64,000 nucleotides of DNA from Paramecium tetraurelia. Taxonomy: Eukaryota. Numbering within the stretch: the first letter of the stretch is position 1; the number at the start of each line of letters is the position of its first letter. Location: the NCBI GenBank assembly GCA_000165425.1, contig CT868034.1:1-64000 (forward strand), given 5' to 3'. Positions 28,927-41,828 of this stretch are shown in pieces. The translations under genes and the position numbers were made by a program. The notes beneath the pieces were generated by a model that searched no databases, was not told where the DNA came from, and was given only the letters and a program-made list of their open reading frames with translations.

Positions 28927-29588
28927 ATGCAAGCATAAAAGATAGTTATGGACCCTTTTTGTTTATCGATAGTTTGAATAGTATGCTAGCTAGTAAATTC
29001 TTTATGAAAAAGGTAAATTTATTGAAAAGGTAAATGAATAATACAAAGTTGAAGATCTAAGGGATGGGTAGATATGATAGTTTATTTTAGTTATGCTCCA
29101 TTTTGTAAACATTTGTTTCTAGAAAACTTCACAGAGACACCAAACTATACATTAGAAATAACAAAAGAAAATGAGCATCTAATTAGGACAGCATATAAAG
29201 CAAGAAATGAAAAAGAAGTATAAAAATTAATTAAAATGATAAGTTGCCTGTTTTAGCAAGATTTATTCCAATAGAGTCTATTCAATTGCAAAAAGCTAAA
29301 TATTTAGACATAATCCTATACTCAAAAGAATATTTCACTTAAAGAAATGAAATAAGAGGACTCGAGGATGTTAATGAAGCAATTGATTATGATTATGGCA
29401 TCATTGGTATTAAACCACAAGATGGAACAGACTAAACACCAATGCCACCAATGACATGTATGAGAAACGCCCTAGGACAAAATTTTGGAGGATCAGGATT
29501 TGCAATGGACAAAGAAGAGTATTTAAATTGTGTAGACTATTGGTCGAAACACATATATGCCGAGCATTTTTGTTCCCCCCTATTTTGA
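28927..29588 (+). CDS. DUF3228-family protein, one apparent +1 frameshift near 28963
   Basis: MQAQKIVMDPFC(+1)YRQFE..LRDG|YAPFCKHLFLENFT..IRTAYKARNEKE|LPVLARF..KAKYLDIILYSKE..PMPPMTCMRNALGQNFGGSG..YWSKH. Two short GTA..AG introns (~29068-29090, ~29218-29243); TGA 29586-29588. Confidence 0.8.
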
Positions 29589-30416
29589 GAAATAATAATT
29601 ATTGTCAAATTTATATAGATATTTTATTCTTCTCCTTCTCTTGTTCTCAGTAAGCACTTTCTTATCTCTGTAAATTTTATTTTTAAGGATAATTTGGGTG
29701 TATTTAGAGTGCAAGTGTTGCTTTAAAGGTTGATAATTGACAAAATATCTTTGCCTTAAATTCATTTTACTTTAATTTGTTATCTCTAAAATCTCTTTGA
29801 TTTTATATTCAAATTAGGAAATACCATTTTAAATTTTTATGAGATTACTTTTCATCAAAAATTCAACCAGAATATTCATTCCATATTCTTGAGAATTACG
29901 CATTTGATATAATTTGAATTGAATTATCAATTTTCTAGTTTATTCTAGGCATTCTAATAATAATTATTTTTACCTTAATTCAAAAAAAACAAATAAATTT
30001 TTGATAATATATTACAAAGATAATGAAGAGAAATGATTAGAGTAAAGAGTTGTTCAATTTTGCAGAATTAATTGAATTGATTAAATAGAACAAATCATTT
30101 TTTCAAGAAGATTGAGAATTATTAATGCTTTCTTTGTCTCATCTATAAAGTGAGAAAGAGTCAACTTGAAAAATTAGATTTTTCAATTTGAATCTGTTAA
30201 ATCCCCAAAACTTAATCATTGTGAGAACATTCTAACACTTAAAATCGAAATAATTGCCAAAGAATATTTCAAAACTGATAAAATTTTTCCCAAACATTAT
30301 TAACTATAAATATTAAAATCTTATAAAATATTAATTGAAAAATTAAAAAAGCTAAATTTAGAAATAATTTATTCCTTAAAAGTTCGATCTCTTTTTTATG
30401 CCTTGGGGATGAAGGC

Positions 30417-30566
30417 NNNNNNNNNNNNNNNNNNNNNNNNNNNNNNNNNNNNNNNNNNNNNNNNNNNNNNNNNNNNNNNNNNNNNNNNNNNNNNNNNNNN
30501 NNNNNNNNNNNNNNNNNNNNNNNNNNNNNNNNNNNNNNNNNNNNNNNNNNNNNNNNNNNNNNNNNN
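30417..30566. other. Assembly gap (150 N)
   Basis: Run of N. Confidence 1.
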
Positions 30567-30933
30567 TTTTAAAAAGACTCAAGGCAAAGCAGATTCTATG
30601 AATTACACTCAATTAAGCTATAACAGTGTTTTATACCTTTCAACTTCTATAATTCATATTCTTAATACAAATTTAATAGTTCTGATTAGACTACAGGAAG
30701 ATGATGAATCAAAATCCTTTAAGTATTAAGCAAATGCTTATCATTGGATTTAAACTCTTTTAAGCTCATCTGGCATTGCTTGATAACTCTCTTCAGGTCC
30801 TTAAGATTATTATTAATAAAAGTAGAGTTCTGCGCAAGTAAATTTAGAGTAGTTTGCAATATCATCCTATTCTATATTCTCTTCTTAATCACATTTACCA
30901 ATTAAAAATCTTTAAAATTAAATTGAATTAGAT
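30567..30933 (+). repeat. Copy 2 of the 367-bp direct duplication, at the very start of contig 3
   Basis: Identical by eye to 28319-28685. Confidence 0.95.
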
Positions 30934-32374
30934 TAAAATAATTAAAATAATTATGTAATTTTCGAATGAAAAAATCTACCAATCTAAATTTGTCACAGTA
31001 ACAATATAATCAATACAAGGCTAAATTTTCGTTTTTCCCTATTATATATTTAAATGAAAAAAAAAAATCTTTTTACAATAAACCTAAAATTTAACAATAT
31101 GCTTGAAAAAATTTGCAATTTTTGTCTGCATAATATTACTCTCTATTTGTTTTAGTACTTTAGGCCATTACGTTTTACTAGCAAAACTAATTACTTAAGA
31201 ATTTCATCTATGACTGCAGCACTAATCATAAAAATGCAATACAAAGGACAAAAATCTTAAGTCTTAACATTGAATATCTTTATGTTTAATGTTGGGAAGA
31301 TGTTTTAAAAAAATAAAGGAAAAGAGAATATTGATTTATTCTTTTAATAAGGATTCCAAAATTAAACAAATTACCAGCTGAAAGTCAGAGAAGTAAAAAG
31401 CCTGGGATTCACCATCCTGAAACTATCTGACAAAAAATGGCTCACTAATGCCATATTTACACTTAACCAATAAAGGTAGATTTTATTCACTATTCTGATG
31501 CAACAAATAGTAGCCTAACTAAAAATTATGCAGTAACATATAATTTTCAAAAAATACTTATTAAAATCATTGGTTACAACTATTTTAAGAGAATAATTGA
31601 AGGCTTTTTCTAAAAAGAAGAGTTGGGTAATATTAAAAATAAAAATTACAGAAATAACTTGGTCTTAGTATGAATAGAAGTTATCAGCATATTCAAAAAA
31701 ACAGGGATAATAATGATATAATTTCAAAAATTATCATTATAGAAGGAATATAAATTCTATTTAAAGAAGCTTTGCCAAAAAGCTTTTGGCCATTAAGTGA
31801 TTTCATCGAAATGCAAAAATCTAAGAAGAAAACTAAACATTTGATTGATATAAATCAGAAAATAAAGAATACCATCCTTAGCATCCTATCCGAAAATTTG
31901 ATATATCATTATTAAGAATAGGAATTTTTGTGTTGATAATAGTATGTCCACAGAAGAGAAAGAGTTATCAAAATGATGATTGCTTTTTAAGATTTATTTC
32001 TCTCCAACATTCTCAATTTAGATCAATCTGATTAAGAAGGTTTGAGATAACTAAAAGAAATTTTTTATACCAAAATAGAAATTTTTAATCTTCAAATGTT
32101 CATTGCAAGATGCAATAATTATTTATTTGATGAAAACGCGATTGTAAAATATATAATAAAGTATTTGACCAAATCAGTTACCAAAGTTGATTTATTTAAT
32201 GTATTACTAGTTGAAGAAAAGTCGTCCAGATTGCCATTATTTTTTTTGATTGATAATACTCTTAAGGTGTTATCAAAAGAAAATTTAATCAATTTATTTA
32301 TAACCAAAAATAAGAAATATTTGTTTTAAATTTAAGATAATTTTTCCCTATATAAATTTATAAAATCATTCTCA

Positions 32375-35300
32375 TCAGAACATGAGATATCCCAAAACGA
32401 TTGTTGATAATCCAAGAATATATCCTGAATCAGTTGTTGTTTCATTATTTGTGTTGTTGTTTGTATTATTATCTGTATTATTTGGTTAAACAACAACAGC
32501 AGTGCAGACTCCGCACTTGCTTGTAGATGCATTCCAAGTATAAGTATATCCAGAAACCTAGAAGCAATCATTTAATGACAAAGTTGATGGGTCTGTTGCT
32601 GTGCATGCTCCACTAACAAGAGTACAAATTTATTAAGTCTTTTTATCCCAATTCAAGAATCTTGTGCAAGCACCATTTGTAGCTTAGTTTGTAGCACAAG
32701 TGTGAGTGGCACATTTACTAGCAACTGCTGTTGTTCCAGTTCCTGATGCTGCAGTCCATGAACATCTATCCTTAGCAGCTTAACAGGCAACTTAATCACT
32801 GTTTGCAGTGGTACATGCTGTCATTAATGCACAAGTTCCGGTACCAGCAGCAGCTCCTGTAGCAGTTGATTGAGTGAAGACGCAAATTCCATCTAATCCA
32901 CCTGAGTTACATGCTGTCTTAGTTGTATATGTTGAACAGTTAGCTTTTGCAATGCAAGCCGGGTTCCATTTGAAACGCATGATGACAAGGCAACTGCGCA
33001 AACATTGGTTGATGTACCATTTTGAATATCAGCACAAGCAAGTAATCTACATTTGGCTGTGTTGTTATTTGTAGAAGAAGCAAGTTCCCAATAGCAAATA
33101 CCATCTGATCCAACTGCTGTTGTGCAGGCAGTTTAAGTAGTGTATGATGTGCATGCTCCTTTGACTAAGCAACTTGTACCATCTGATGTGCATGTTGATA
33201 ATTATGAAGAACATGTTGCATGGGTTGTTCCAGTCAAATCAGCACATGATTAATCTCTGCAACTACTAGCAGTGGTATCCCAAGTACAAATACCTGTTGA
33301 AGTAATGGCTCCTGATGTTAAAAGAGCTCCTTTATCATTGAAATAACATCCTGCTTATGTAGTGTAGGATGAGCAAGCACCTAAGGCAATGCAACCAGTT
33401 GTTCCGTTTGTTGTACACTTCTTACTAGCAGTTTAACAATCTGAATGAGTTGTGTAGAAAGCATCAGCACAAGATGTATATGGTTTGCAAACCTTTGGAT
33501 CTGAAGAATTCAAGGCTGGGACTGATTGAATACAAGCTCCATCATATCCTGAAACACATCCACCATCAGTATTAGTTTCAGAGCACAAAGTAATTCCAAT
33601 ACAATTGGATCCATTAGTTGTACATTAATTACTAATCCATTTACATGATGTATCTGAATTCCAAGCCAAACTCTTGCATGATGTATATCTGAAACAAGCT
33701 CCTTTAGATCCGTCAGAGTTAACATAATTGTTTATCCATAAACATGGTCCATTTGTTCCTTCAATACAAGCACTTCTGATAGTAGTTTATTCACAATTTT
33801 AAACTCTAGCACATTTTCCATTGGCACCAGCGGTACATCCAGCTCTTTAGGTTTGGCATGCAGCATGAGTAGTTCCGCTGAAATCTTAGCAATCTTTATC
33901 TCTGCATTTATTTTATGCACTATCCCAAGCACAAACAGTTCCGTTAAGAGCTGTTGTACAAGCAACATCAATAGTAACAGCAGAACATGTTGACTTAGTA
34001 ACGCATCCACCACCATTCTTTGTTGTGCAATTTGTGAAATAACTTGCACAAGCTGATTCAGAGGTTAATGTTGCTGGGGCTGTATTACAAGTCTTAACAG
34101 TACAATATGCTTAGTTAGTTCCTACAGCTGGCATCCATTCACATTATACATTTGCTGATGAAGTAACGCATCCAGCCTAGTTCTAAGCTTAGAAGCAAGT
34201 TCCTCTTGTGACACAATTTGTTCCATTTGTTGTACATGTGCTTAAGGCTGATTTACACAAGGCATCAGTGGCAAAAGCAAAATCTTCACAAACCTTTGTC
34301 TTGCATTTTACTGAATCTAAAGTACATCCAGCAAGATAGGTATTACAGTCTTCAGCCGAAGCTGTTGAATCTGGGGCATTTTCACAAGTTCTTGTGATAC
34401 AAGCTGTTCCATTCCAATAGCATGATCTGCCAGTCTTATCAGAAACACATTACTTTTATGTCATAGATTCACATGTATCTGGAATATCAACACATCCTTG
34501 TCCTGAGCTTGCAACTGTACATTTATTATTGAAGTAAGCTCTGCATTTATCATTATCATCATAATCAGTAGTTGCAGGTGCAGTAGCGCATGACTTATCT
34601 GCACATTAAGTTCCATTCCACCCACAAAGATCTCCTGTAGCATTGAATCTGCATTATTCTTAATGGATATAAGATGAACAAGCTGCTGTCTATTGACAAC
34701 CTCCTAGGACTGCGGCACCTCCATTTGTATCTGGTGTAGCAACAACTGTGCATTTAATAGTAGCTGTGGAGAAATAGGAATCACAATCAGCATGGGTTGC
34801 TGTTGCAGTTGGAGCAGTAGTGCATGATTTATCTTAACATACTGGTGTGGTTAAATTTGTGTTCCAAACACAGACACCGCCACTTGGATTAGTTTTGCAT
34901 TAATCTTCTATTGAATAGGAACTGCAGGCTCCTCTAGCCATACAACCAGGAACAGCAGCTCCATTTGTAGCTCTAACTGTACAAAGGAGTTATGTATCAA
35001 CTGCTACACATTCAGCATGAGTATCGTAAGTTGTTGTGGCTTCAATGTTACCACAATTTAAATCAACGCATGTCTTATTATTTGGATTCCAGAAACACTT
35101 TCCACCAGTTGAATTGAATTTACATTATTAACTTGATTTGTATGAAGCACAAGTAGCTCTTGCTTAGCAACCTCCTGTTCTTGCAACTGTGCATGTAGAT
35201 AGATATGCAATACATTCAGCATGTGAGTCGAAACTTGTATCTGCTGAAGCTGTATCACAAGTCTTTCGGACACAAGATGTTCCTGAGACAACACATTCAC

Positions 35301-38300
35301 CTTCAACTGCGTAAACACATGTTGATGTAGTCAAACTAGCGCATGTGGCTGCCATAGTTGTGCATGCAGTTGGTGAAGAAACAGCATTTGAGGTACATGT
35401 ACTTAACCAAGTATTACAATCTGAATGAGCAAATGGTGTTGTTTTATTAGCACATGTCTTGGTTTAACATCCTGATGTACCTAATGCTATGCAACCAGTT
35501 TTGAAAGTATTACATTTTGTGTCATCAAAAGCAAATGATGATCCTAATTTTATTTATTCACAAGTAGTTGAAGCTGATATAGCTTAACAGGCAGAATCAC
35601 CACTATTAGCGGTACAATATCCAGCAGTTGATCTATAACAATTAGCAATTGTTGTGTATCCAGTGCATGCAGATTAAATTGTTACGCAACCAGTTCCATC
35701 TCTCTTAACACTGCAAGTAGTACTAAACGCTTAACAAATAGTCCAAGTTAGATTTGAACCTGTTAGTGCTTCACATGTGCTAAATGCTTAGCAAGCATTT
35801 CCAGCTATATTAAGATAACAAGCAGTGCTATATGCTTAACATGTGGCATGAGTTGCACTTGATAATCCTGTGATTAAAGAGCAATTTGCTGAAGTAATAT
35901 CTTGACAAGCAGCAGCTGGGGTAGCAGCAGTATTCCAAAAACATTTTAAGCCATCAGTTCTTTATGTACAAGCAGTTTATGCTGAGTAACTAGAGCAAGC
36001 TGCTTATAATGCTTAGCATGCTGTTCCATCAGAAATAGAAGTACAAGCAGTACTATAAGCTTAACATGAGGCATGAGTTGCTCCTGTTAAGGATGCAAGA
36101 GCATTACAATTTGCTGATGTTATATCTTGACAAGCAGCAGCAGGGGTAGCACCAGTATTCCAGAAGCATTTTAAGCCGTCTGTTCTTTAAGTACAAGCAG
36201 TTAACGCTGAATAACTAGAGCAAGCTGCTTATATTGCTTAGCATGCTGTTCCATCAGAAATGGAAGTACAAGCAGTGCTATATGCTTAACATGTAGCGTG
36301 AGTTGCGCCTGTTAATGATGCGAGTGCATTACAATTTGTTGAAGTAATATCCTGGCAAGCAGCAGCAGGAGTAGCACCAGTATTCCAAAAGCATTTTAAG
36401 CCGTCTGTTCTTTTAGTACAAGCAGTTAATGCTGAGTAACTAGAGCAAGCTGCTTATATAGCTTAGCATGCTGTTCCATCAGAAATAGAAGTACAAGCAG
36501 TACTATATGCTTAACATGAGGCATGGGTTGCACCTGTTAATGATGCAAGAGCATTACAATTTGTTGAAGTAATATCTTAACAAGCAGCAGGAGAAGCACC
36601 AGCATTCCAAAAGCATGATAAACCATCTGTTCTTCTCACGCAATCACCTTAAGCTGTATAAGTACTGCAGGCTGCTGCTAATGTAAGACAAGCAGTTCCA
36701 CCTGAATTAGCAGTGCATGTAGTACTGTATCCTTAACAACCTGCATGAGTTAAACTTGTTCCTGTTACAACAGCACAAGAGAATGTGCAAGTATCTGTTT
36801 CCACAGCGCCCACTGCATTAGTGCAGCCGGTTTTAATAGCTTCACATAAAGTTTTTGTACCTTAAAAGGTTGAGCATGCACCTGAAAGATAAGTATTAGA
36901 AAAGCATTTGCTATGAGAGGATTTCCAGGTACAATCATCTGAAGCTGCTGTTAATGTTCTTACGCATTAAGCTTATGATACATAGTCACTGCAATTAGCT
37001 GATCTTGTCACACATCCGACTGCTCCAGTTTTGTATAGAACTGTACAAGTATCACTTGGTGTTGGATAAGCTGAGCACTCTCCATCTGAATCGAAAGAAT
37101 TAGTATCTGATGCATCTAAACAAGTTGCATTTCTACAAGCTGTTCCTGTCCATATGCAAGTTTTTCCAGCAGAGGTTTACTTACAATTTTCACTTGACCC
37201 ATAAGAAGTACAAGCTGTAGCCAAACTCTAACAAATTGTTTTTGCATTATTCACTGTGCATGTATTCAAAACACCATTACAACCAGAGTGAGTAGATAAT
37301 GAAATGTTTGAGCATGTTCTATCAACACAAGTAGTTCCATTCCAATAACAATCTCCATTTGCTTTTGAACCAACTCCGCAATTAGCTGAAGTAGTCAAAG
37401 AACCACAACTTGATGGCTTTGGAATGCAACCATCTGCTGTGTTATTTGCAATACAAGCAGAATTTGACAAATAAGCTAAACAATTTGTATTGCTGAAAAC
37501 TGTCAAAAATCCTGTTGTTGTTGTAACGCTTGCAGTAGAGCAAGATTTTTCAACACAAGCTGATGTAGCACTATTCCATAAGCATGTTGGGAATCCAGTT
37601 CTTGTGATTTCACAATTTTCAGTTGATTTTCTCGCTGCACAAGTTGTTGGTAAATCTTAACATCCTTAAATTGATCCATTAACAGGGTTATTTGCTACAC
37701 AACCTGATTTGTAAGTACCACAATCAGATGTTGTTGCTGTTGTTTTTGGAGCAGTGGAGCAAGCTTTATCAATACAAGATGAACCATTCCAACCACATAA
37801 TGGGTAGGATTTAACTCCACTTGTAACTTATAATCTAATATTACAGGCAGCTTCAATTGTAATGGCTTCACATTTAAGGGGTAGAGGAACACATCCAGTA
37901 CCAGTATTACTCAAAGTACAACCTACATCATAAGTTTAGCAATCTGCATGAGTTGCTGTGGTTGATGAAGCTAAAACGCATTCTCTTTTATAGCATTTTC
38001 CTTTCCAAATACAAGCTTTATTGTTGAGATCTTTATCACAAATTGTTTATGCCAATGAGTTTTCGCATGTTTTATCAACACAACCAGCATTGGTTGAGTT
38101 TACTGTACAAGATGATAAAAAGGCAACACATAAATCATTAGTAGTATTAGTTGATGGAGCATTAGCACAAGTTTTATCCTTGCAAGTTGAACTGGCTGAA
38201 TCCCAGAAACAAGTAGCTCCAGAAGAGTTTTTAACACAAGCAGCTTCTAAGGTAATTACTGCACATGTAGTATTTGGTACACATCCACCTCCACTCTTTG

Positions 38301-39566
38301 TTATACAGTTATTAGCTGGTAAATATGCTTCGCATGCATCATTAGTTGTTATTGTTGTTGGGGCATTTGCACAAGTTCTAGGTTAGCATCCGCCTCCTGA
38401 TTTAACAGTACATGTTGATAAATATGATGTACATAAGTCATGAGTGTTATTGGTAGTTGGTGCATTTGCGCAGGTCTTTTCTTTGCATGTTGTATCCCAA
38501 ATGCAATCAGTTCCAGATGTATTTTTCACACAAGCTGCTTAGACATTTGCTGCTGAACATGCTCCATTGGAAACACAACCACCTCCAGATTTGGTGATAC
38601 ATCCTGTTACGAATCCAGCACAAGCTGAATTGGTTGTCATAGTTGCTGGTGCATTTGTACATGTCTTATCGACACATGCAGTTCCTGTCCAGTAGCAATC
38701 TCCATTTGAACTATTTTTAACGCAGGCAGCTTAGATAGTAGCAGCTGCACAAGTGGTTCTAGTAACACATCCTCCGTTGGCTTTTGTTGTACATGTTCCG
38801 TCAGTTCTAAAAGACTTACAAGTATCATCGGGTTTGTTAATGATGTTGGTGCATTATCACAAATTCTGTCTTTGCAGGCAGCTCCATCCCAATAACATGC
38901 AACTGATTTTAATTTATTCCATACACATTGAATTTCTAATGTTTAATCACTGCAATTATTTCCACTATCAACACATCCACCTCCAGTCTTTGTTGTGCAA
39001 GTTGAAATGACATCTCTGCAATCTTTGTCTGTAGCGAATGTTGCAGGCAATTTATCACAAGTGTTAGCATCTACACAAGTGTTATTTGTTGTATCCCAAT
39101 AGCATAAGCTACCAGCTGCATTTTTCACGCAAGGAAGTTATTTCTTGTATGTGCTGCAAGCATCGACTTCAACACAATGAGTTCCATCTGTAATACATCT
39201 ATTACTTATTGCTTAACAGTCACCGTCTGTTGTTTTTGCAAAGGCTGTACATCCTGTGAAGAAGGTACATTTTTTATCAACCCATGCGCAGGCAGCATAA
39301 CTTCCACAATCTGTACAAGGTTTTGCCTTTGGACAATCTGTTTCAGCAAAGGTATCACAATATGCAGCATAGGTCACTGTTGGAGTGACGGGTGTTGTAG
39401 AAACTGCACAAGCCTTTTTTGTGCTGTCCCATGCACAACCAAGTGTAGTATTTTTTAAACAATCTCCTTCTGATAACAATTATGCACATGTGCATGATGT
39501 TATACTATAGGTTTGACTTGCTGCTAAAGTTAGCAACAATGCAAATATCATGAATTATTTATTCAT
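32375..39566 (-). CDS. Variable surface antigen (immobilization antigen), B-type-like, GPI-anchored, ~2395 aa after correcting two +2 frameshifts
   Basis: Signal peptide and family N-terminus MNKQFMIFALLLTLAASQTYSITSCTCAQLLSEGDC..YAAYCDTFAETDCPKAKPCTDCG; periodic Cys-rich repeats throughout; no introns seen. C-terminal GPI signal TTTDSGYILGLSTIVLGYLMF-TGA. Length 7192-4 = 7188 nt, and three central tandem repeats, fit my recollection of the B type rather than the longer A/G types. Confidence 0.95.
35815..36610 (-). repeat. Central tandem repeats of the surface antigen: 225 bp / 75 aa, ~3.5 copies
   Basis: Anchor GCATGCTGTTCCATCAGAAAT at 36016, 36241 and 36466. Unit ACQDITSTNCNALASLTGATHASCQAYSTACTSISDGTACQAIQAACSSYSALTACTKRTDGLKCFWNTGATPAA has 8 Cys. 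Confidence 0.92.
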
Positions 39567-39580
39567 TAAAAGTATTAACT
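39567..39580 (-). promoter_or_regulatory. Proximal leader / start-site motif of the surface antigen gene
   Basis: Minus strand reads ...GTTAATACTTTTA-ATG, resembling the short leader I recall from Paramecium A/G antigen genes (not verified). Confidence 0.4.
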
Positions 39581-41828
39581 TTAGGTTTACATTCTAATCA
39601 AGCTAAATTATGAATAAAATTTAATTTTTACAAAACTTAATTAAACATCAGTTTTTAGTAATTGTTTATTTTGCAGAATTAAAATTTCAACATAATTGAC
39701 CTCAATTTATGTTAATATTTAAAATAATGTAAATTGGATTAGTATGGAAGGCTTAAAGTGATGAAATTGAAGGAAGACAATCTGAATGTGTTCTTCATTT
39801 CTACTTTTTTGATTTTTCAAAATTTTAAGTTATTGTTTACTTTAGCATTCAAAGATCATTATGGCACAGCAAAGTCATTCCATTTACCCAAACTTAGAAT
39901 ATTTTGTTTATCTAATAAAATGCTTCCGTATCCCAAGGAAAAAAATGAAAAATAGAAGAAACAATGAAAGAAAGAAAATGAAAAAATAAGTTGGAAATTG
40001 ATAGTACCTTCCCTTATTTGTTAAAAAGACAAATTAGAACTTTAATTATATTTGTTTTTGCATTCTTTATTTTGCATGATGTTTTTCTCGTTCGAAAAGC
40101 ATGAAAGTGATTTCTTACACAATGATATGAATAATATATATATAAGCTTTCACCCAGAAATAAATTACTAAATGATAATAAGAAATTTTGAAATATTAAG
40201 ATCCTACACACAATAATTGTAACAAGAAAGTGGGTGAAGATGACTTCAATTTCAGATTAGTATTCCTTATTTAAATTTTTATTTTTTTATAATTGTAGTA
40301 AAAATTAATTAAAAATTTATTTTGAATTATTTTATTTTTTCAAACTGAATATTCCTTTGAATGACAATAACCTAAAAATAGAATTGCCTTAATGATTATA
40401 TTAAAATGAATTGGGTAGATTATTCTTAGTACTAAGCTTGAATTTAGCTTTGTATTTATCAGATTAATAAAATTTGTTTTAAAACTCAATCAACAAATAA
40501 TCTCATTTTTTCGATATTTGGTAAACTGTAACATGTTATTTTCCTTTTTATATATTATTTAGCTAAATCATAAAGGGTTCATAGACATAAGGTTTGACGT
40601 AATAGAAGTGAATATTTGTAACATTTAATTGGCTTGGTCTTCAGATTCTAAAATTATTTTTTTAATTAATTGATTCGTATATATATTATCAACTCATAAT
40701 TTAATTAATTAATTAAAAATGAAATGAAATGAAAACAAAATGCTCTTAAAAATTAATAGAGGATAAAGAAGAAGTGAGTTTGAATAATACATTATATTTC
40801 TAATCTTCTGAATCAGTTTTTAACCCTTATTAACTTATGATAAATTATATGAATATGTCAGATGAATCTTTCTTTCTCCTGCTTTGATTTAAAGATGAAT
40901 CATAATTGATTGTGTACCTAATGGGTAAATATTAAGGCATTCACTAAACTAGAGTAGCGTATAGAATACAAGAATTATTTTAACGTGTGATTTTTAATTT
41001 ACTTGCCATCTTATTATATTTAGAGAAAAATGTCGATGAAGCTACTATTTCAAGTCTAAAAAGGATTCTCAAACATAAAATAATAAAGAATCTTTGGACA
41101 ATTTAGACTCATTTTAATTTTCATTTATTTTTCCATTATTCAGACAACTTATGATAGAACTCATATAATAGTTTGGCTTTTTTTAAATCTCTATGTATTG
41201 TTAATGATTTTTCTAAGAACGAAAAAATCATAAATTTACAATCCTATTCATTTAATAATAATTTTTATACAATTTATTATTATGATAAGTCTTCAAGCAT
41301 TTTAACATTCTAAATTATATATTTCTTAACCTTTCTATATCAATGAAGTATTGTACTTTGAAAAGCTATCCTTGAATTTTTTATGTATTATGGAAAACCT
41401 TTTGATGCCTTTTATAAAATACATTGGAACATCAAACATGTAATATTGATTTATAATTAAATTTTTATGCTCCACACAAATTTTGTAAACAATATTAATA
41501 TTTCTACTCTGTTGATCAAAGCTAAGTTTATTATTGTTTCATCCTTATTCTCAATATCAAATAAGCATTCCAAAAGAATTGTTAGGTTTGCTAACTTTTA
41601 ATAATTTTCTAGTAAGGAAGGAATTTTAACAGAAATATCAGAAACAATAAAATATAAACCAAAGTAAGTTATTCAAAAATCATTTCATTTACATCTATTC
41701 AGCACTTAATCCTAATTTTAGAGGAAACTTAAGAATAACTAGTATATATGAATATACATTATCAAATATTTTATATGATATTTAATTTAATAATGTTTTT
41801 ATATATTATCAATTTTCATTCATTTTAT

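Noticed and set aside
1..32300. Tc1/mariner or non-LTR transposons in the subtelomeric region
   Set aside because: No DDE or reverse transcriptase motifs or terminal inverted repeats recognised; degraded copies cannot be excluded without a search.
35815..36610. CRISPR-like or satellite array
   Set aside because: The repeats are in-frame coding units with no spacers, in a eukaryote.
32375..39566. Programmed ribosomal frameshifting or retained IESs in the antigen gene
   Set aside because: The sites lack the Euplotes-type AAA-stop context, other ACCG sites in the gene are normal, and only 4 extra nt are present, far below IES size. The gene is in macronuclear form.
40600..41800. Decayed PARP catalytic domain or third macro-WWE copy downstream of paralog A
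   Set aside because: Coding-like but riddled with stops; I could not find convincing H-Y-E or macrodomain motifs by eye.
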